Source: Gammaproteobacteria bacterium
GTDB lineage: Bacteria > Pseudomonadota > Gammaproteobacteria > Enterobacterales > GCA-002770795
NCBI GenBank assembly: GCA_003696665.1
Contig: RFGJ01000527.1
Location: 1 to 46,014 of the forward strand
DNA length: 46,014 bases
Direction: 5' to 3'
Shown: positions 42,008 through 46,014 of the stretch, in pieces
How the letters are laid out: the number at the start of each line of letters is the position of its first letter
Position numbering within the stretch: position 1 is the stretch's first letter
Translations under genes and position numbers: made by a program
The notes under the pieces: model-generated
What the model was told of the DNA's origin: nothing
What the model saw: the letters and a program-made list of their open reading frames with translations, nothing else
Databases searched by the model: none

Positions 42008-44377
42008 ATGAAAGTACCATATTCATGGTTGCAAGCGTGGACGGGGATCGAGAAAAACAGTCAAGAAATCGCAGACCAACTCACGATGGCTGGTCTAGAG
42101 GTAGATGCCATTGAGCCCGTCGCCCCACCATTCCAGAATGTTGTGGTCGCTCAGGTGGTTGATTGCCGTCCACATCCAGACGCCGATAAGTTAAAACTCT
42201 GCCAAGTGAGTGATGGTGCCGAAACATGGCCAATCGTTTGTGGTGCACCTAATGTGACCGCAGGACTTAAAGTACCTTTAGCCAAGATTGGTGCAACATT
42301 ACCTGGCGGCCTGAAGATTAAGAAAGCCAAACTCCGGGGACAATTATCCATGGGAATGTTGTGCTCAGCCAAGGAGTTGGGCCTTAGCGAAGACGGAGCC
42401 GGCCTGATGGAGCTACCACCTGACGCACCTGTGGGGGAAGATCTTCGGCGCTATCTTTTGCTCGATGACGAGGTCATCGATATCGACTTGACACCGAACC
42501 GTGGTGATTGCTTGGGCATCCGGGGAATCGCGCGCGAAGTGGCCGCGCTGAATTCGATTGTTTTTCGGGATCTCGAAGTGCCGCCCGTGACACCAGTCAT
42601 TGATGACCGACGTACGGTTGAAATCAAAGCGACCGAGGGGTGTGGACGTTATCTAGGTCGTATTGTTCGGGGTATTGATTCGAGCGCAACCACGCCCATC
42701 TGGATGGTGGAACGCCTACGACGAGCGGGTATTCGAGCCATCCACCCGGTGGTCGATGTAACCAATTATGTATTGATTGAGCTAGGTCATCCGATGCACG
42801 GCTTTGATTTAGCGGAAATCGAAGGTGGCATTCAAGTACGGTGGGCAGCGTCTGGCGAAAAACTCGTCTTGCTCGACGGTCGCGAAATTGAGTTAGCAGA
42901 AGATTGTTTGCTGATTGCGGATGAGCGAAAACCACTCGCTTTGGCCGGAATTATGGGGGGAGAGCATTCTGGTGTCAGTGACCAGACCAGCGATGTATTC
43001 CTCGAAAGCGCATGGTTTCATCCATTGGCCATCACCGGTCGGGCGCGCCGCTTCGGTCTTCACACGGACGCGTCGCATCGCTATGAGCGAGGCGTCGACC
43101 CAGAGTTGCAACGCACAGCGATGGAACGGGCGACACAGTTGCTTGTTGAAATTGCTGGTGGACAGCCTGGGCCGATTGTTGAAGCCGTGGTTGAAAGCTG
43201 TTTGCCAAAAAGAGAACCAATTCTATTGCGACATGGGCAGATTGGGCGGAGCCTTGGCATCGCGCCTGATCAAGCGCAGGTCGAGAACATACTCGAAAGA
43301 TTGGGCATGAATATCAATCGTGTTGATCAGTCGAGTTGGCGTGTCACGCCGCCGAGCTATCGCTTTGACATCGCCATTGAAGCTGACTTAGTTGAAGAAA
43401 TCGCTCGTCTTTACGGATACAACAATATTCCGGAACAGCCGCCTTTGGCGGCGCTGCACATTGTGGCAGAGCCGGAAGCAAATGTGTCGAGAGAAACATT
43501 CAAGCAAATTTTGATTTCGAGAGGGTTAACCGAAGTCATTACGTACGCTTTCGTTGATAGAGAGCGTGAGCGCTGCATCTCGCCGAATCAAGAGCCGAAG
43601 GCGCTACTGAATCCTATTTCATCAGATCTTGCCGTGATGCGAACGTCTCTTTGGCAGGGATTATTGAACACCGTTTCTCACAATTTACGCCATCGCATCG
43701 ATCGGATACGCATTTTTGAGACGGGATTGGTATTTCTTAACGAAGGGGATGATTGGCGGCAAGTGCCGAAACTTGCTTTTGCGCTCGTTGGGACACGGTT
43801 ACCTGAGCCGCTTTATGCAAAAGAAAAGGTGGATTTTTTTGATGGAAAGGGGTTGGTGGAAACACTATTCTCGGCCATCGGTAAGCAGCCTAGATTTTCC
43901 GCCGATGTGCATCCGGCACTGCATCCGGGACGGACGGCGCGGATAACCGTGGATGGCCAACCTGTGGGATGGCTGGGCGAAGCGCATCCCAACATATTGC
44001 GCGAATTTGGTATCAAAACATCTGTCATCCTTGCCGAGTTGGATGAAGCTGCATTGCGCCAAAGGACAATTCCGGAGGCGCCAGAACTTGGCAAGTTTCC
44101 AAACAGCCAACGCGATCTGGCGATTGTGGTTGATGAGTCTGTGTCAGCCCAAGCAATTCTTGATTCAGTGCGAGCGTCTGGCGCGGAATACCTGCTTGAT
44201 GTTCAAATCTTTGACATATATCGCGGTAAAGGCATTGATTTTGGTAGAAAAAGTGTCGCGTTGGGGTTGACGTTTGGAGTTCCATCGCGCACTCTTAATG
44301 ATACCGAGGTGAACGAGCAGATATCACACGTGCTCGCGAAACTAGAAAACGACTTCAATGCAAAGCTGAGGGCGTAG
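42008..44377 (+). CDS. pheT: phenylalanyl-tRNA synthetase beta subunit
   Basis: 789 aa with the MKVPYSWL N-terminus, then tRNA-binding, B3/4, B5 and FDX-ACB domains in order. Confidence 0.96.
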   Translation: MKVPYSWLQAWTGIEKNSQEIADQLTMAGLEVDAIEPVAPPFQNVVVAQVVDCRPHPDADKLKLCQVSDGAETWPIVCGAPNVTAGLKVPLAKIGATLPGGLKIKKAKLRGQLSMGMLCSAKELGLSEDGAGLMELPPDAPVGEDLRRYLLLDDEVIDIDLTPNRGDCLGIRGIAREVAALNSIVFRDLEVPPVTPVIDDRRTVEIKATEGCGRYLGRIVRGIDSSATTPIWMVERLRRAGIRAIHPVVDVTNYVLIELGHPMHGFDLAEIEGGIQVRWAASGEKLVLLDGREIELAEDCLLIADERKPLALAGIMGGEHSGVSDQTSDVFLESAWFHPLAITGRARRFGLHTDASHRYERGVDPELQRTAMERATQLLVEIAGGQPGPIVEAVVESCLPKREPILLRHGQIGRSLGIAPDQAQVENILERLGMNINRVDQSSWRVTPPSYRFDIAIEADLVEEIARLYGYNNIPEQPPLAALHIVAEPEANVSRETFKQILISRGLTEVITYAFVDRERERCISPNQEPKALLNPISSDLAVMRTSLWQGLLNTVSHNLRHRIDRIRIFETGLVFLNEGDDWRQVPKLAFALVGTRLPEPLYAKEKVDFFDGKGLVETLFSAIGKQPRFSADVHPALHPGRTARITVDGQPVGWLGEAHPNILREFGIKTSVILAELDEAALRQRTIPEAPELGKFPNSQRDLAIVVDESVSAQAILDSVRASGAEYLLDVQIFDIYRGKGIDFGRKSVALGLTFGVPSRTLNDTEVNEQISHVLAKLENDFNAKLRA

Positions 44378-44379
44378 CA

Positions 44380-44676
44380 ATGGCGCTGACGAAAGCCGAT
44401 ATGGCAGACCGTTTGTACGAAGAGCTTGGCCTGAACAAACGTGAAGCCAAGGAGTTGGTGGAACAGTTTTTCGAAGAAATTCGTTGCGCTTTGGAGCGCG
44501 GCGAGCAAGTTAAATTATCCGGCTTCGGCAATTTTGACTTGCGGGAAAAAAACGAACGTCCTGGACGGAACCCTAAGACAGGAGAAGAAATCCCGATCAG
44601 TGCTCGCCGCGTCGTGACGTTTCGGCCGGGACAGAAGCTCAAGGCCAGGGTAGAAGCCTATGCTGGAGACAAGTAA
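44380..44676 (+). CDS. ihfA: integration host factor alpha subunit
   Basis: 98 aa, near-identical in pattern to E. coli IhfA (MALTKA.M...L...[64 protein letters not shown]). Confidence 0.94.
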   Translation: MALTKADMADRLYEELGLNKREAKELVEQFFEEIRCALERGEQVKLSGFGNFDLREKNERPGRNPKTGEEIPISARRVVTFRPGQKLKARVEAYAGDK

Positions 44677-45013
44677 CAACAACGAATTACCGGAGATCCC
44701 CGCAAAGCGTTACTTCACCATTGGTGAAGTGAGCGCATTGTGTGATGTGAAACCGCACGTGCTCCGATACTGGGAGCAGGAATTTCCCCAATTGAAACCC
44801 GTCAAGCGCCGAGGAAATCGTCGTTACTATCAGCGAGAGGACGTTTTGGTGATCCGACAGATTCGTCATTTGTTGTACGAAGAGGGGTACACCATTGGTG
44901 GTGCTCGACAAAAAATCGAAAGTGGTGATATCAATGCGCCGGATAAAGAAACGATCAACGCACTGATCAACGACTTGGAGCAAATTGTCGAATTGTTAAA
45001 GCGCGTTGAATAG
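44660..45013 (+). CDS. MerR-family transcriptional regulator
   Basis: 117 aa with a MerR-type HTH ([25 protein letters not shown]). It overlaps the ihfA 3' end by 17 nt. The ihfA, MerR-like gene, tRNA-Pro order is as in Pseudomonas, from memory. Confidence 0.8.
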   Translation: MLETSNNNELPEIPAKRYFTIGEVSALCDVKPHVLRYWEQEFPQLKPVKRRGNRRYYQREDVLVIRQIRHLLYEEGYTIGGARQKIESGDINAPDKETINALINDLEQIVELLKRVE

Positions 45014-45027
45014 GTGGCGTTTCAAGC

Positions 45028-45055
45028 TTGCAAATTCGCACCAATCGGTTATCAT
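45028..45055 (+). promoter_or_regulatory. candidate sigma-70 promoter for the tRNA-Pro/tRNA-Gly pair
   Basis: TTGCAA (45028-33), a 16-nt spacer, then TATCAT (45050-55). A GC-rich discriminator TTCGCGCGG follows, and the promoter ends 27 nt before tRNA-Pro. Confidence 0.45.
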
Positions 45056-45081
45056 TTCGCGCGGCTTGGCGCAACCACAAT

Positions 45082-45158
<77 letters not shown>

Positions 45159-45164
45159 TGTTAA

Positions 45165-45240
<76 letters not shown>

Positions 45241-45245
45241 AATCT

Positions 45246-45270
45246 AAAACCGGCTTCTGCTGGTTTTTTT
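45246..45270 (+). terminator. rho-independent terminator after tRNA-Gly
   Basis: The stem is AAAACCGGC/GCTGGTTTT (one G-U pair) with loop TTCT, running into T7. Confidence 0.6.
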
Positions 45271-45611
45271 ATTTACACACCTCGCGATTCATAGTCATGG
45301 TCGCCGCGCTCAGTACAGCCCTAATCCGGCCTATTCGGTCTCTTCAGTAAAGTATTACTTACTTGTGCTGGGACGAGTCGCGTTTTTTGCATAGGCCCTT
45401 TGTATTGCAAGGGTTGTTTCTAGTCTCGGCTGCGTTTCACACGTGAAATCACACAGTTTTTTAGGCGAATTATCTATGCCGTTGGGAAGCTGAAATTATT
45501 TGCTTGTGTCTATTCCTTGCGTTGGTGCCTGAGTATGCGTAGCGTAGAAATATTTTCATGTTGCCGTTCCCAGGTCGATGTCAATGCACTGTAGCAGGGA
45601 GGAGACAACGA

Positions 45612-46013
45612 ATGCCAGGTCTTGTGGATTTGCGTGAACTCATCCGTTTTATGTCGCCAAAATTGAACGATGGCACCTTCGTATTCTGCTGTTTGCCGTA
45701 TGGCCAAATAGACGAAATGAAACTCAGCCCAGTGGCGACAATCAACGAGCCGGAAGGGACGACGGTCGTGCTCGATGTCTCAGTGGCTCAAGCGGCTGGC
45801 TTGGAATTTCACGGTACATTCAAGCAGATCACCTTGATGGTGCATTCAAGCTTAGAGGCGGTGGGTTTGACCGCGGTCGTCGCTGAACGGCTCGCGTCAG
45901 AGGGCATCAGTGCCAATGTCTTCGCCGGTTTTTATCATGACCACATATTTGTCCCTGAAGATAAAGCCCAACTTGCGATGACGGCTCTGCAAGCACTAAG
46001 AGATGAGGCCTAA
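45612..46013 (+). CDS. ACT-domain-containing protein of unknown function
   Basis: The ORF ends with TAA at 46011-46013. I chose the ATG at 45612, which has a GGGAGGAG SD about 8 nt upstream. The MSPKLNDGTFVFC N-terminus and the C-terminal HDHIFVP resemble the small ACT_3/ACT_7-type proteins I remember. Function is unknown. Confidence 0.55.
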   Translation: MPGLVDLRELIRFMSPKLNDGTFVFCCLPYGQIDEMKLSPVATINEPEGTTVVLDVSVAQAAGLEFHGTFKQITLMVHSSLEAVGLTAVVAERLASEGISANVFAGFYHDHIFVPEDKAQLAMTALQALRDEA

Positions 46014-46014
46014 G

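Overview
This 46 kb window is almost entirely conserved gammaproteobacterial housekeeping DNA, and I found no mobile elements, CRISPR arrays, long repeats or a clear novel system. It reads as three core syntenic blocks joined together.

**Block 1 (1-15441):** lpxD(partial)-fabZ-lpxA-lpxB-rnhB-dnaE-accA-tilS on the + strand. A minus-strand run follows: proS, an SLT-type lytic transglycosylase, a patatin-like lipase and a GAF-GAF-GGDEF-EAL protein.

**Block 2 (15585-30969):** an FmdB-type zinc-ribbon gene, then trmJ-cysE-iscR-iscS-iscU-iscA-hscB-hscA-fdx-iscX. Next come tRNA-Lys, SRP (4.5S) RNA and dnaX-ybaB-recR-htpG-adk. Two opposite-strand single genes interrupt the dnaX-adk run: an O-methyltransferase and a tryptophanase-like lyase.

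**Block 3 (31013-46013):** ETF-ubiquinone oxidoreductase divergent from etfBA, then a translationally coupled NSS-family transporter and NhaC-family antiporter pair. After that come thrS-infC-rpmI-rplT-pheS-pheT-ihfA, a MerR-like gene, tRNA-Pro, tRNA-Gly and an ACT-domain gene.

**Non-coding calls made by eye:**
- SRP RNA lying under a spurious 82-aa ORF
- three tRNAs
- six hairpin plus T-tract terminators
- a sigma-32 promoter for htpG
- a near-consensus IscR type-1 box at the iscR promoter
- a non-AUG (ATC) start for infC

**Best candidates for a second look (modest interest):**
- the tightly packed proS-slt-patatin-GGDEF/EAL array, which sits between the tilS and proS anchors
- the orphan tryptophanase and O-methyltransferase insertions in the dnaX-adk block
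- the coupled NSS/NhaC transporter pair
- the strong terminator 35 nt upstream of pheS with no Phe-rich leader peptide

All protein family calls rest on motifs recognised by eye and on remembered E. coli and Pseudomonas gene order. No database search was run.
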